A DNA stretch of 64,000 nucleotides from a virus. The position numbers and the translations under genes are program-made. Every line of letters starts with the position of its first letter. Within the stretch, counting starts at the first letter, position 1. Below the pieces are notes generated by a model, which was given only the letters and a program-made list of their open reading frames with translations, was not told the origin of the DNA and made no database searches. This document shows positions 11,101 to 20,310 of the stretch, one piece after another. The stretch lies in the IMG/VR virus record IMGVR_UViG_3300021963_004854, positions 32,001 through 96,000 of that record; one strand, 5' to 3'.

Positions 11101-14100
11101 ATCATTGCGCAATTGATCCTATCAATAGAGAACTAAGACCATATTTCAATTTAGAAAATATCGACGTAAATCTAAACTGGTCAAAGAGCGCGTATGTTAG
11201 AAAAACTGGTGACCTTCTAACTCTTCCATATGTCGAAACTGAATATATGGCAAACAATTCTTATTCAAAGATAAGAAATTGTGTTAGTGAACTTCTGTTC
11301 GATTATATGGGTGATATTAGCATGGATCCGCCAGACGATAACTGGTTCGATACTACTGCTATAACTCCATCACAAATTAATATTGAGGGAACCGCAGACG
11401 CATGGAATAATCTAGCGGATGCATGGGGAACACAATGGGGTGATTGGAGCACCAATTGGACGGGTGAGGAGACGACTCGAGGTCCAGTCACTGCGGGCAC
11501 TCCTTTTGTCGGTGGCGACGGTAGAACAGTATATCAAAGTCAAACACAACAAGTTACCACAACTAGAACTGGCACTCAAACGAGGGCGGGAACACAACTC
11601 GACGTTTCAACATCGACAATTCCACAAACTCAAACAACCGGCGCTAGAGTAGTTGACGTTTCAGTTATTCCATATATGCGCTCGAAGGTTATAACCTTCA
11701 AAGCAAAAAGATTAAAGCCCAATACAAGGGTTTATCCATTCTTTGATGGTATGGATGTATCGGCACATTGTCGTCCAATCTCAACCTTGCTTGTAGATTA
11801 TCAACCAGAAGACCCAACTTCTGGCTACCTAGACGCTTCATTCCTAATCGCAGGTAAAGAAGCATATGGTTCAACTCTAGTATCGGATTCAGAGGGTGTA
11901 GTCTGCGGTCACTTCTTGATTCCAGAAAATACATTCAAAACCGGTTCTAAGATTTTCAGACTTGTTGACGACAAGTTTAATAGATCGTCATTTACAACCA
12001 CATGGGCAAATGTAACGTTCACCGCTAGTGGTTTTAATCAGACGGTACAAGATACGGTTGTATCTACTCGTCAGGTACAACTTGCGGTATCAACAGTTAA
12101 TGACAGCGAAAACTTGAGACAATCATCTACAGTTGAGTCTCGCTTAGGCGACAGAGTAGTTGGAACACTTCCACCTCCACCTCCGCCGCCGCCACCAACT
12201 GTAATCTATGTTGAACAATCTACTACACCATCGCCAGTTGTAACTTCGACGCCTGGTCCTACTCCATCGTCTACAGTAAATGTTCCGACAAGCACAACCA
12301 CAACAGCTGGACCAACTTCTACAACTACAACAGCGGGACCATCGCCCTCTACTACAACTACAACTACGGGGAAAGTGCAGCCCCCGGTACAGCCGCCGCC
12401 GTCAACAACTCCAGACCCATGCGCGACGGTTGAAGTATGCTCGCCGCCATGGACGGAAACAATCACAAGCATCGAATATGTTGATGTTCCTGATGTATGG
12501 CGTTATGGTAGCGAAATTTACGGTGGTTTTTATCCTTGGGCAGAAACAGTTCAGGCGCCGCCTAAGGTTATTACTGAAACTGTCACGCATGAAGGCATTT
12601 GCACTCAATTTAATCCGTGTGAAGTTGCGACAATTCAAATCGGACCGTTTGGCTTCGACCCTATCGCACAAACATTCTTTGTTTCCGGAATGAAAGATGG
12701 CATGTTTGTAACATCGCTCGATCTTCGTTTCCAAAGTAAGTCGACCACAATGGGCGTAACTGTTCAACTTCGCGAAGTTGAAAATGGATATCCTAGCAAC
12801 AGAGTTATTCCTTTTGCAGAGAAGTTCTTGGCTCCATCAGATGTTGACGTTAGCGAAGATGGTACCGCACTTACTAGTTTTGTATTCCCATCACCAGTCT
12901 ACCTAAAGACTGAAACTGAATATTGCTTCGTGGTTCTTCCTCAGGGCAATAGTCCAGACTATAATCTTTGGGTGTCTGAATTAGGTGAAAACCAGTATAA
13001 TACAAATACAAGAATTTCTCAACAGCCTAATGCTGGTGTTCTATTCACTTCTGCGAATAATAGAACATGGACGGCATGGCAGTCAGAAGACATTTCATTC
13101 CAATTGAACCGAGCATCATTCTCAATTGGCTTGCCGGGTGTTGCCACATTCTCGAATTACAATACTGATTATCTGAAACTTGCAGATTATACTAATGGAT
13201 ATTTCAATCCGGGTGATGCAATCTACAGCTATAATATTCAAATTGAAGACGGTGGCACAGGCTATAGCAACGCAACTGTTTCGGGAACACTTACGGGCGG
13301 TAATGGAACTGGTGCGACTGTAGCAGTAACAATTTCTGGCGGTTCTGTCACTAACGTGGTTGTTACAAATCCAGGTATTGGTTACACTACTGCGCCAACC
13401 GGAATTAGTTTTACTAGTGGCTCGCCAACAACAGTAGCTTCGTTTTCAATCGAATATGTGAAGGGTATTGTCAAAGAAGTCAATACTTTCTACGGTGTGG
13501 CAGAAGTATCTGTTATGGGTTCGGTTGCATTTGTCGCAGGCAATAGAATAACAAATAATTCTACTATTGCTACCATTTCAGAAATTCAAGATAAGAAGGC
13601 GAACTTAGTAAGAACTAACGTTGCGTCTATGTCACCAAATAGCACTGAATTGAATTGGGGATTAGGTCTATCACAATCAGCCGATACGGCAGGTCCTGCC
13701 GGTCTTATTGGTATGATTAAAGATCAGGATCTTCTTCTTCCAGCAGAATCTTATGTTCGCTCATACTCGAATGAACTTGAAGTTCTAGGTGGAAACAAAT
13801 CGACAGAATTTAGTGCCGTGTTTGGCACTAGAAACGAAGCAGTTTCGCCGGTTATTGATATGAAGAAAAATTCTTTAATCATTGTTCGAAATGATATCAA
13901 TAACGATGCAACTAATGAAACATCTAATCGTGGTAATGCAGCATCTAGATATATCTCAAGAAATGTAATTCTTGAGGACGGCCAAGATGCAGAAGATATG
14001 AAAATATATCTATCGAGTCTTCTGCCAGCTGGTACAGATGTTAAGGTGTATGGTAAATTCAGAAATGTCGATGACGCAACGGCACTAGATGATATCGATT

Positions 14101-14339
14101 GGATTGAACTAGAGCGTGAAGTTGAGCCAACCGTGGCATCCAGAAAAACGCAGACAGATTATGTCTACAATATTCCAGATGCCTATAAGAACGGCGATAA
14201 CGTATATACATATAATATAGGCTCTTCACCAGTTACGGGCTTCAAGACTTTTGCTGTTAAAATTGTTCCTCTATCGGATAATACTTCTGTTATTCCTGTA
14301 ATCAAGGATTTCAGAGCAATAGCACTACAGAGATATTGA
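8181..14339 (+). CDS. Large VrlC-like (DUF4815-type) virion structural protein
   Basis: NVFPYFDD, ILFKPGYAVQARELTQLQ, APGADRLK, RTFEESGNY, YTMRDIGALEKRI.RLEYY, DRFKNGILVDSF, DPIAQTF, C-terminal DFRAIAL. Confidence 0.85.
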   Translation: MALNLNVFPYFDDTAGLAGADLKNYNRILFKPGYAVQARELTQLQSVLQGQIGKFGNKIFTNGSVISGCEETFDTRLSYVKIIDQDSSGNELSNDLSAYVGDELVSPTGMKAVIVDYVPGNTSSQPDLKTFYLRYVSGDNSDYSHFWLGETLEVESTNSGRNGDTFVVDSTYGLSGTSEYDAVGHASVMSIKDGLIYFDDKFAYFSAQNVVISKYANKVTGVVGFELEESIVSAEEDQTLLDPAQGTFNYLAPGADRLKLTLNLKFYRWDETPPANFAEYLKIQAGEVLRKKDNNNIYADIYDMIATRTFEESGNYTVKAPALHIREHLNDGSNYGVFTAGEGGDARKLWAGVEASTFYVGGRRHSPATTTPLVLYKGVDNVAITDLPLTFDYGNYVEVNQLAGVWSISAGTLVTLYDEANTVVTDGTFSNSTVTGTAIGTARVRQLVYVSGTPGAANAVYRMYLYDVTMTTGAFSDVGCVYYNNGTAKGFADVISGTLVDSNYDRSLIRFPFRALKTTKPDGTTFNNNFLYTKEIDGQIDTNGSITLNVSGKERFQTGTSGTFLKENYIMVLGANVTLDGTLRYKGEFVNLSSATATVGGGGTSLTIDLPGTASAITAVKVYANISVSNGDPTLKQLRENIYVKVDTATAGASGTYPLGFSDVYRIVSIKMGASSALYETIAASGQDVTSEFLLDTGQTDTLYKTSKIVKKATSSLGSLANKKLVIKLDYFTHDGNSPSGTFFTIDSYPIDDTGVAAGTIKTQDIPTYLSPTTKETYDLRDVLDYRGRIADTASRTTVLADASENPTVGTALSTPVVGYTSPVVNTDFTTDVSYYLARQDRIVVGLTGEFRVITGTSSITPVVPVEPENTMTVATVYIPPYPSLSAQAATLANRSDYTVSSTAVENRRYTMRDIGALEKRINRLEYYASLSLLEQSAASMTVPDANGLDRFKNGILVDSFMGHNIGNVYDGNYHCAIDPINRELRPYFNLENIDVNLNWSKSAYVRKTGDLLTLPYVETEYMANNSYSKIRNCVSELLFDYMGDISMDPPDDNWFDTTAITPSQINIEGTADAWNNLADAWGTQWGDWSTNWTGEETTRGPVTAGTPFVGGDGRTVYQSQTQQVTTTRTGTQTRAGTQLDVSTSTIPQTQTTGARVVDVSVIPYMRSKVITFKAKRLKPNTRVYPFFDGMDVSAHCRPISTLLVDYQPEDPTSGYLDASFLIAGKEAYGSTLVSDSEGVVCGHFLIPENTFKTGSKIFRLVDDKFNRSSFTTTWANVTFTASGFNQTVQDTVVSTRQVQLAVSTVNDSENLRQSSTVESRLGDRVVGTLPPPPPPPPPTVIYVEQSTTPSPVVTSTPGPTPSSTVNVPTSTTTTAGPTSTTTTAGPSPSTTTTTTGKVQPPVQPPPSTTPDPCATVEVCSPPWTETITSIEYVDVPDVWRYGSEIYGGFYPWAETVQAPPKVITETVTHEGICTQFNPCEVATIQIGPFGFDPIAQTFFVSGMKDGMFVTSLDLRFQSKSTTMGVTVQLREVENGYPSNRVIPFAEKFLAPSDVDVSEDGTALTSFVFPSPVYLKTETEYCFVVLPQGNSPDYNLWVSELGENQYNTNTRISQQPNAGVLFTSANNRTWTAWQSEDISFQLNRASFSIGLPGVATFSNYNTDYLKLADYTNGYFNPGDAIYSYNIQIEDGGTGYSNATVSGTLTGGNGTGATVAVTISGGSVTNVVVTNPGIGYTTAPTGISFTSGSPTTVASFSIEYVKGIVKEVNTFYGVAEVSVMGSVAFVAGNRITNNSTIATISEIQDKKANLVRTNVASMSPNSTELNWGLGLSQSADTAGPAGLIGMIKDQDLLLPAESYVRSYSNELEVLGGNKSTEFSAVFGTRNEAVSPVIDMKKNSLIIVRNDINNDATNETSNRGNAASRYISRNVILEDGQDAEDMKIYLSSLLPAGTDVKVYGKFRNVDDATALDDIDWIELEREVEPTVASRKTQTDYVYNIPDAYKNGDNVYTYNIGSSPVTGFKTFAVKIVPLSDNTSVIPVIKDFRAIALQRY

Positions 14340-14340
14340 T

Positions 14341-14565
14341 ATGGAAAAGATAAAAATTGAACACTCTGATAACTATGTGCGTGACAGGCATTCAAAAGCC
14401 ATTTTGTCGGCCGACAGTGGTGGATTAGAGGCATATAAACGCACAAGAGAGAGAATGAAACAGATTCAAACTTATGGAGATGATATAAATAATCTCAAGA
14501 CAGAATTTTCAGAAATAAAGTCTCTCTTACAACAGATACTTAAAAATCAGGATAAGGCAACATGA
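14341..14565 (+). CDS. Small conserved phage protein
   Basis: VRDRHSKAIL...DINNLKTEFSEIKSLL pattern typical of the gene after VrlC-like genes. Confidence 0.7.
   Translation: MEKIKIEHSDNYVRDRHSKAILSADSGGLEAYKRTRERMKQIQTYGDDINNLKTEFSEIKSLLQQILKNQDKAT
14484..14491 (+). promoter_or_regulatory. Late promoter TATAAATA
   Basis: Exact consensus upstream of 14562. Confidence 0.6.
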
Positions 14566-15047
14566 CAAGTATTACCTTTAGAGATGTAAAGGGATCTCCT
14601 TTAACAAACGCGGAAGTTGATGCCAACTTTCGAAATTTAAATGATAATAAGTATGAGTCTGGAGATAACCCAAGTTTTGGTGACCTAACTCTTACTGGCA
14701 CACAAACGAATTCTTCTGAATCTGTTTCTGCCGCGGGCACGACACAGGGCACTGCTACCCCATTAACAAAGACAGTGGTTTTTGTAACGTCGGTAACGGC
14801 ATCTAGTGCAGAGGGTGTTGCCTTACCGGGCGCTGTTGCTGGACTAAAGATGGTGGTGACGAATACAACTTCGACTAACTTAAAGGTTTATCCAGCCTCT
14901 GGTGATGGTATAAATGATTTATCAGCTAACGCGGCATTTACTATTCCGGGTGAGTCTTCGATGGAATTTTATGCTAAAGATAGCACCAACTGGCTTTCTT
15001 TAACACAAACTGTCATCTATGATTCGAGCGGCACAAGACTAAATTAA
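14562..15047 (+). CDS. Putative fibre/baseplate adaptor protein
   Basis: N-terminal KGSPLTNAEVDANF motif seen at fibre N-termini; C-terminal IYDSSGTRLN. Confidence 0.6.
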   Translation: MTSITFRDVKGSPLTNAEVDANFRNLNDNKYESGDNPSFGDLTLTGTQTNSSESVSAAGTTQGTATPLTKTVVFVTSVTASSAEGVALPGAVAGLKMVVTNTTSTNLKVYPASGDGINDLSANAAFTIPGESSMEFYAKDSTNWLSLTQTVIYDSSGTRLN

Positions 15048-15058
15048 GGTTATAAGAA

Positions 15059-16483
15059 ATGAATCCTCTAAAGATCAAGGCATCTGCTACGCCGATAACC
15101 TCTTCAAACTTTCAAGGTTTGCAGACCATGTCGGATACAGAAGTTAAAAATTATATTGCTAATAAGATCACAGTAGGATTTGCTGGCGCGGCAAATAATG
15201 GTTCTAATACTGCCGACCTTAATGTGGATACAGCAAATGTATTGTCTGGCACAGCAATCGGCAGTTTTGTTGATACTGATAGAAACGAAGCAACAGGCAC
15301 TCACCCAGCTACTGGCGCTATTACTACTACAACTTATTATGCAAAGCAAATTACTGCAACCGATTCTGGCACAATCACTAATCGCCCAATCGGTTACGAT
15401 ACTGCAATTAGACAGTTGACAGATGCCCAGATTAATTCGGATATTCTCGACAAAGCAATTACTGCCATGGTCACTGAATCCGATTATACTGCTGGTCAAT
15501 ATCGCCTAGCTGGTTCAGCTCCATCTGGTGGCACATGGACCGCTCGTTACACGATTACCGATGTTGCCAACGGTGGTAATACAACTTATTACATCTGGCA
15601 GAAGACTGCGGCTACATCATCACCTGATGCCGATCTTCGCCCACTTAAAACATACAGTGGGAATAACGTAAAGCAAATGTCGGATGCTGAAATTCAGGAA
15701 ATGATTCCTTATTTCAGAAATCGTATTATCAGCACTGGTGTTGGTACATATAAACTACAAGCATCGACACCTGCTGGTGGAACATGGGTTCAAATGGGTT
15801 CTGGTTCTGATACTCGTGAGCAAGTTGCATCACAGAACTATACTGGCACTTATGGTGGTACTCGTTCATACAGCACAACTTATGGTGGTAACAGAACTTA
15901 TAGCACCTCATATGCAAATACTTTCGCTGGTACTAGAACATATTCTAACGTTGCATATGCTGGTAACAGAACATATTCTAACACATATGTATCCGAATTT
16001 GCTGGTACTAGACCTTATGCGGGTTCAAGAACTTATTCCGGAACATATATAACACAGTTTTCTGGTACTAGACCATATGCTGGCTCTAGACCATACTCAG
16101 GAAATTATATTCTGTATTACGGTGGTTTTGTTGGTGGAACGTTTGCCGGTTCTAGAACATATTCGGCAAACTATGTATCTGCCCCACAGAACTTTGCTGG
16201 TTCGTTTGCTGGCACAAGAACATATTCTGCAAACTATATTTCCGGCACTCTATACTTTTCTAGTGGATACGCCGGTTCAAGAACTTACTCTGCCAACTAT
16301 TCCGGTTCGAGAACATATTCTGGTACGTATGGCAATACTTTTGCTGGTTCTAGAACATATTCTGCAACGTATGCTGGTACAAGAACTTATACGGGTTCGT
16401 ATTCTGGTACATATGCTGGTGACACAATTCAGGCAACTAAAGATACAGTAACTACAGTATCTCTTTGGATTCGCACCGCTTAA
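15059..16483 (+). CDS. Tyr/Gly/Ser/Thr-repeat fibre-like structural protein
   Basis: Repeated N-terminal PL...MSD.E modules; 14 copies of G-[STN]-R-[TSP]-Y in the C-terminal half. Confidence 0.7.
   Translation: MNPLKIKASATPITSSNFQGLQTMSDTEVKNYIANKITVGFAGAANNGSNTADLNVDTANVLSGTAIGSFVDTDRNEATGTHPATGAITTTTYYAKQITATDSGTITNRPIGYDTAIRQLTDAQINSDILDKAITAMVTESDYTAGQYRLAGSAPSGGTWTARYTITDVANGGNTTYYIWQKTAATSSPDADLRPLKTYSGNNVKQMSDAEIQEMIPYFRNRIISTGVGTYKLQASTPAGGTWVQMGSGSDTREQVASQNYTGTYGGTRSYSTTYGGNRTYSTSYANTFAGTRTYSNVAYAGNRTYSNTYVSEFAGTRPYAGSRTYSGTYITQFSGTRPYAGSRPYSGNYILYYGGFVGGTFAGSRTYSANYVSAPQNFAGSFAGTRTYSANYISGTLYFSSGYAGSRTYSANYSGSRTYSGTYGNTFAGSRTYSATYAGTRTYTGSYSGTYAGDTIQATKDTVTTVSLWIRTA
15836..16420 (+). 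repeat. Imperfect coding tandem repeats (YAGSRTYS-like)
   Basis: Recurrent GCTGGT.CTAGAAC.TATTC-type DNA units. Confidence 0.85.
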
Positions 16484-16527
16484 ACTATACTATATACTTT
16501 ATATTATTTCTTTTTATGGAGATTTGA

Positions 16528-16995
16528 ATGACTGTGGATGAAGATGCCATTGTATTGGATTCGGCTACTATTACCGAAACAAAAGATTACGAAGAACCTT
16601 TTTGGTTAAATAAAGAACTAAAGCAAGTAATGGTGATTATCATCTATCCAGATGGTAAGAGACTGCCTGCATCCGTATCTGGCGAAGGCAGCAATCCAGA
16701 TTATATTGCTATCATGGAAAAGTTCACGGAAGAAGAAATTGACGATAATACTCGACGCCGCGAAGAGCGCCGCGCCGAAGAAGTTCGCCAACGCATGGAA
16801 CGTTCAAAGGTCGATATGCAGCGCCGCAAAGATGAGGCGCTATTCGAAGCCAAGTTGGAAGCCTTTGAAGTTCCTATTATCAAAAAATCTACTAACAAAG
16901 CCATGAAGACTAAGATCCGTAGATCGAAGTCCGCGCTAGAAGTTATGGCATATGCTACCATGCTTATCATGGAAGAAGAAAAGAATGCAGAATAA
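16528..16995 (+). CDS. Hypothetical protein (charged helical C-terminus; possible fibre chaperone)
   Basis: GGAG SD; LFEAKLEAFE..IKKS.NK..K.KIRRSKS. Confidence 0.7.
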   Translation: MTVDEDAIVLDSATITETKDYEEPFWLNKELKQVMVIIIYPDGKRLPASVSGEGSNPDYIAIMEKFTEEEIDDNTRRREERRAEEVRQRMERSKVDMQRRKDEALFEAKLEAFEVPIIKKSTNKAMKTKIRRSKSALEVMAYATMLIMEEEKNAE

Positions 16996-17683
16996 CGGAT
17001 TTGTTTATGTAGCATCGCTTCGTAGGGGTTACTATAGGGCAGCCAAAAACTCCGCATTATCTCTACTAGACTATTGGCCAGAAGCAAAGATTACATTATT
17101 CACTCACCCGGAATGGGTAGAACCCGGTGACGAAGAAATCTTTGAAAACATCATCACCGATGGTGTTCCCTATCACAAGAGAGCTAAACTATGGGCGCTG
17201 GATAAAACACCATATGACTTGACAGTTTATATGGATTGTGATACAGAAGTTCAACACGAAGACATTCAAAAAATCTTTGACCAGATTCCAGATGATGTTG
17301 ATGTTTTGTTTACTGCAAATCGCCCATACAATGCAGCCCTCACAAAGTTATCAGAGACAGAAGAGATGACCGAACACTGCGGTCTATTTGTGTATCGCAA
17401 CAACCCTCAGACATTAAAATTGATGGGTGCCTGGTGGGGTGAATATTGTAAGCAGAATGAGCCTGGTTTTGATCGACAGCATTATCCAGCAGATGCACTC
17501 CAGTGGGACACATTCACTATGTGGCGACTATTGACCTACGGCAACATGGGTGTGAAGACAGGGAGATTTCCAGATCCAGACGCACGATGGAACTTCGTTG
17601 TCGGATATAAAGAAGAAGAATTACGGGGACAAGAGATTGTCATTTATCACTACACGTTGCCACCGGCAGTCAGGGACAAGTAA
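16985..17683 (+). CDS. Glycosyltransferase (GT-A fold, DxD)
   Basis: GFVYVAS, SALSL, KLWALDKTPYDLTVYMDCDT, RWNF, IYHY; likely start ATG 16985. Confidence 0.75.
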   Translation: MQNNGFVYVASLRRGYYRAAKNSALSLLDYWPEAKITLFTHPEWVEPGDEEIFENIITDGVPYHKRAKLWALDKTPYDLTVYMDCDTEVQHEDIQKIFDQIPDDVDVLFTANRPYNAALTKLSETEEMTEHCGLFVYRNNPQTLKLMGAWWGEYCKQNEPGFDRQHYPADALQWDTFTMWRLLTYGNMGVKTGRFPDPDARWNFVVGYKEEELRGQEIVIYHYTLPPAVRDK

Positions 17684-18330
17684 TGAAGTTTTCTAACAGT
17701 ATCAATCCAGAACTTCTGGAAATCCTGATGCCCTACACAGAATGGTTCTTTTCGCAAACTGATCTTGATAGTCTACGAGAGCCAGACAGACGCCGCGGAT
17801 TTGATATTGACAGCGGCACTTCTGAAAAGTATATGAATGAAATCGTCGGCAAAGATGGAGAGCATGAAGGCTATCCAGAAACCGCATTCTGTTGCGATAT
17901 CGGAATGGTAGATTCTGTCCCCAAACATCACCGAGACATGCAACAGAAACTAAATCGTGAATTGATTTCGTTTCTAGGCGCTAAAAATAATGCAGTCCAT
18001 GTTTATTATCCAGAAAATGGATTTATGGGTTGGCACACAAACTGGAACGCAAGCGGCTATAACATTCTTCTATCTTATAATACAGAAGAAGGCGGGGGCT
18101 TCTTTAGATATCTAGATCCAATAACAAAAGAAATGGTCACTCTTTGGGACCCCAAGGGATGGTCGGTCAAGGTCGGTTATTTCGGTAGGCGTAGTGAGAC
18201 TGATAAGGTCTTCTATCATTGTGCTGGGAGTCGCAGTAAGCGGCTCACTCTCGGTTATGTCATTCCCCATGAGGACCTCTGGAAATCGATGGTTGAAGAT
18301 ATTTCTGGTGTAGATTTTACTGATCTTTGA
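17683..18330 (+). CDS. 2OG-Fe(II) oxygenase-like (double-stranded beta-helix) protein
   Basis: YYPENGFMGWHTN ... FYHCA ... KRLTLGY matches the HxD/E..H..R layout, with Asn in place of the acid. Confidence 0.6.
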   Translation: MKFSNSINPELLEILMPYTEWFFSQTDLDSLREPDRRRGFDIDSGTSEKYMNEIVGKDGEHEGYPETAFCCDIGMVDSVPKHHRDMQQKLNRELISFLGAKNNAVHVYYPENGFMGWHTNWNASGYNILLSYNTEEGGGFFRYLDPITKEMVTLWDPKGWSVKVGYFGRRSETDKVFYHCAGSRSKRLTLGYVIPHEDLWKSMVEDISGVDFTDL

Positions 18331-18982
18331 ACTTTTCACGCTCAACATATTTGTTTACTAATTCCTCTAGAATAGTCAATTGTTCGTGCATCTTTTCAAG
18401 GTCATCTAGCATTTTGGGCACAGCAAATTTGGCGCGCTGAATAATTGCAGTCTCGTAATTTTTAATACCTACAGTTGCAACTTGTATTCTCCGTCTACGG
18501 AGAAATGCATTAATCCGGTTCCATAGAGACGGCTTTCTCTGCTTAACTAGATTCAATTGATTGCCACGTTCTTCTGTTGCCTTATTCCTCGCCGCAATAA
18601 TTTGTTGTTCGCGGGCTTTTTCGGCAGCTTCTTTTTCTCTTAGTAGCCGTTCGTTCGCAACACGCAAGGCTTCAATCTCAGCAAGAAGTTCTGGATTCTT
18701 TTTTGCGGCTTTCTTTTCTAACTTCTCTCTTTTCTTGGCCTCTTCATCGGCAGCGGCTTTTTGTCGTTGTAGCTCTTCGTATTTCTCTTGTGCAATACGT
18801 TCTTTTTCTAACTCTTCTTCCGATGGTCCCTGAGGTTCCTCTGGCACAACAACTTCTTCTAGCTGTTCTTGTAGATTGCTATCTAGCCATTCCTGGGCGA
18901 TAACCTCTTCTACGGGTTCGGCAACTAGTGGCTCTGGAGTATAATCTTTTGGTGGTGGCGCTACAACTCTAGCTCGTCCCAT
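18317..18982 (-). CDS. Hypothetical coiled-coil protein
   Basis: E/K/A-rich 221-aa ORF with an AGGAAGG SD; last gene of the minus-strand operon. Confidence 0.7.
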   Translation of the reverse strand: MGRARVVAPPPKDYTPEPLVAEPVEEVIAQEWLDSNLQEQLEEVVVPEEPQGPSEEELEKERIAQEKYEELQRQKAAADEEAKKREKLEKKAAKKNPELLAEIEALRVANERLLREKEAAEKAREQQIIAARNKATEERGNQLNLVKQRKPSLWNRINAFLRRRRIQVATVGIKNYETAIIQRAKFAVPKMLDDLEKMHEQLTILEELVNKYVEREKFKDQ

Positions 18983-18983
18983 A

Positions 18984-19640
18984 TTATTTCCTTCCTATTA
19001 CCATAAATCTATCAAAGTCTACCTTACCATCCCATGACCAATAAAACTGATTGATGTTGCCACTATAGAGAACATCTTCAACACCAACATTTTCTATATG
19101 GTCTTCAATTGTTGGCACACAATTTATACCATACATTTCACGGAACACATTAGATGACTGACATGCAAAAATGCAATCTGGATTTGCAGTAGTCATATTC
19201 TTCAAAGGATACATAGTTTCGCAGCCAAGAGAAATTACTACATCTGTATTTAGTGCATTGATATCATGATATGCAAACGGTACATCCCAATTAAGATGAT
19301 TAAGTTCAATATCTTTTTCAGTGTAATAGCGATTGAAGACTTTGGACAACTCCAATGCGTCTTTGTCAATATCGATTAGATTTAACTTCTTTACGCTTAG
19401 ATTTTCGCAAAGCAAAGGAACAAGAGGAAAACCAAGCCAAGAGTTTAGAATTGTGATATCAAGTTTCTTAGTGAAGTCAACATGTTTTTTCAGTTCTTCC
19501 ACTAGCCATATTGCAGCATCCATTGTATTTGGATTTAGAGACTTGCGAAAGTCTTCGTGCTTCCATGGCATCTCATGGTTGATCTTTTCCAGACCTTCAC
19601 CCCAATTACGATAGTTATTCAAAAAATTATAGTTTAGCAT
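18984..19640 (-). CDS. Class I SAM-dependent methyltransferase-like protein
   Basis: ITILNSWLG (degenerate motif I), LNLIDID, VVISLGCETM, CQSSN, NCV, RFMVIG; probable start 19640. Confidence 0.6.
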   Translation of the reverse strand: MLNYNFLNNYRNWGEGLEKINHEMPWKHEDFRKSLNPNTMDAAIWLVEELKKHVDFTKKLDITILNSWLGFPLVPLLCENLSVKKLNLIDIDKDALELSKVFNRYYTEKDIELNHLNWDVPFAYHDINALNTDVVISLGCETMYPLKNMTTANPDCIFACQSSNVFREMYGINCVPTIEDHIENVGVEDVLYSGNINQFYWSWDGKVDFDRFMVIGRK

Positions 19641-20310
19641 CTTGTGGTCTTTCCATTGAATCATATAAACAAATTAGTGGCTCTTCTCGTAGAACTTGTT
19701 CCCTAGTATCTGTCGGCCACATATATCCATAATTGTAACTGTATACCCAGCCGTCCGGAAAATAATCGATCTTTAAAAGACGTTCTCTTTGATGACCGAA
19801 CATATTATCAAGACCGCGATAATAATAAAACATTTGGTCAGGATAATCTCTAACGAACTTGGTGATTTTATCAACATCCAATTTGTCATTCCATCTCAAT
19901 ACACTCGAATTGAGGTCTGTATACTTATGAGGAATATCCTTAGTATCACTTTTCATCTTCTTTAGATTGTGCCAATGTGTTCGAATGAAAGTAAGTTTAT
20001 CTTCGGGATCATGTTCAACAATACAATCAATGTTCTGTTGAATATCAATATCCAGATCGAAGAATAGTTTCTCACCTTGTTTACGAATAAAATGTTTGTC
20101 AAATAGATAAAGTTTATTCCACCATTTTTCGTAATAGTTATCAGCCGGTAGCGGAACAATAATTATTTCTGGATTCAATCCAACTTCATGTTCTGTTATA
20201 CAGTGAAACTCAAAATCACTGGTGATATGCTTCTTACATTGCTCAAACAATTTATTGACATATTCTGGACCATATTTGAAGCCCCATTTTACGGTGTAGA
20301 TATTAATCAT
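19627..20310 (-). CDS. Glycosyltransferase paralog 4 (GT-A, GT8-like)
   Basis: TVKWGFKYGPEYVNKL, WWNKLYLF, FFDLDI, NSSVLRW, YSYN. Confidence 0.8.
   Translation of the reverse strand: MINIYTVKWGFKYGPEYVNKLFEQCKKHITSDFEFHCITEHEVGLNPEIIIVPLPADNYYEKWWNKLYLFDKHFIRKQGEKLFFDLDIDIQQNIDCIVEHDPEDKLTFIRTHWHNLKKMKSDTKDIPHKYTDLNSSVLRWNDKLDVDKITKFVRDYPDQMFYYYRGLDNMFGHQRERLLKIDYFPDGWVYSYNYGYMWPTDTREQVLREEPLICLYDSMERPQDAKL

Noticed and set aside
12206-12767. Alternative-frame ORFs over the Pro/Thr tract
   Set aside because: By-products of the low-complexity, stop-poor coding sequence
15836-16420. Possible CRISPR array or ice-nucleation repeat
   Set aside because: Repeats are in-frame and degenerate at wobble positions, with no unique spacers; they do not match the 16-aa INP periodicity
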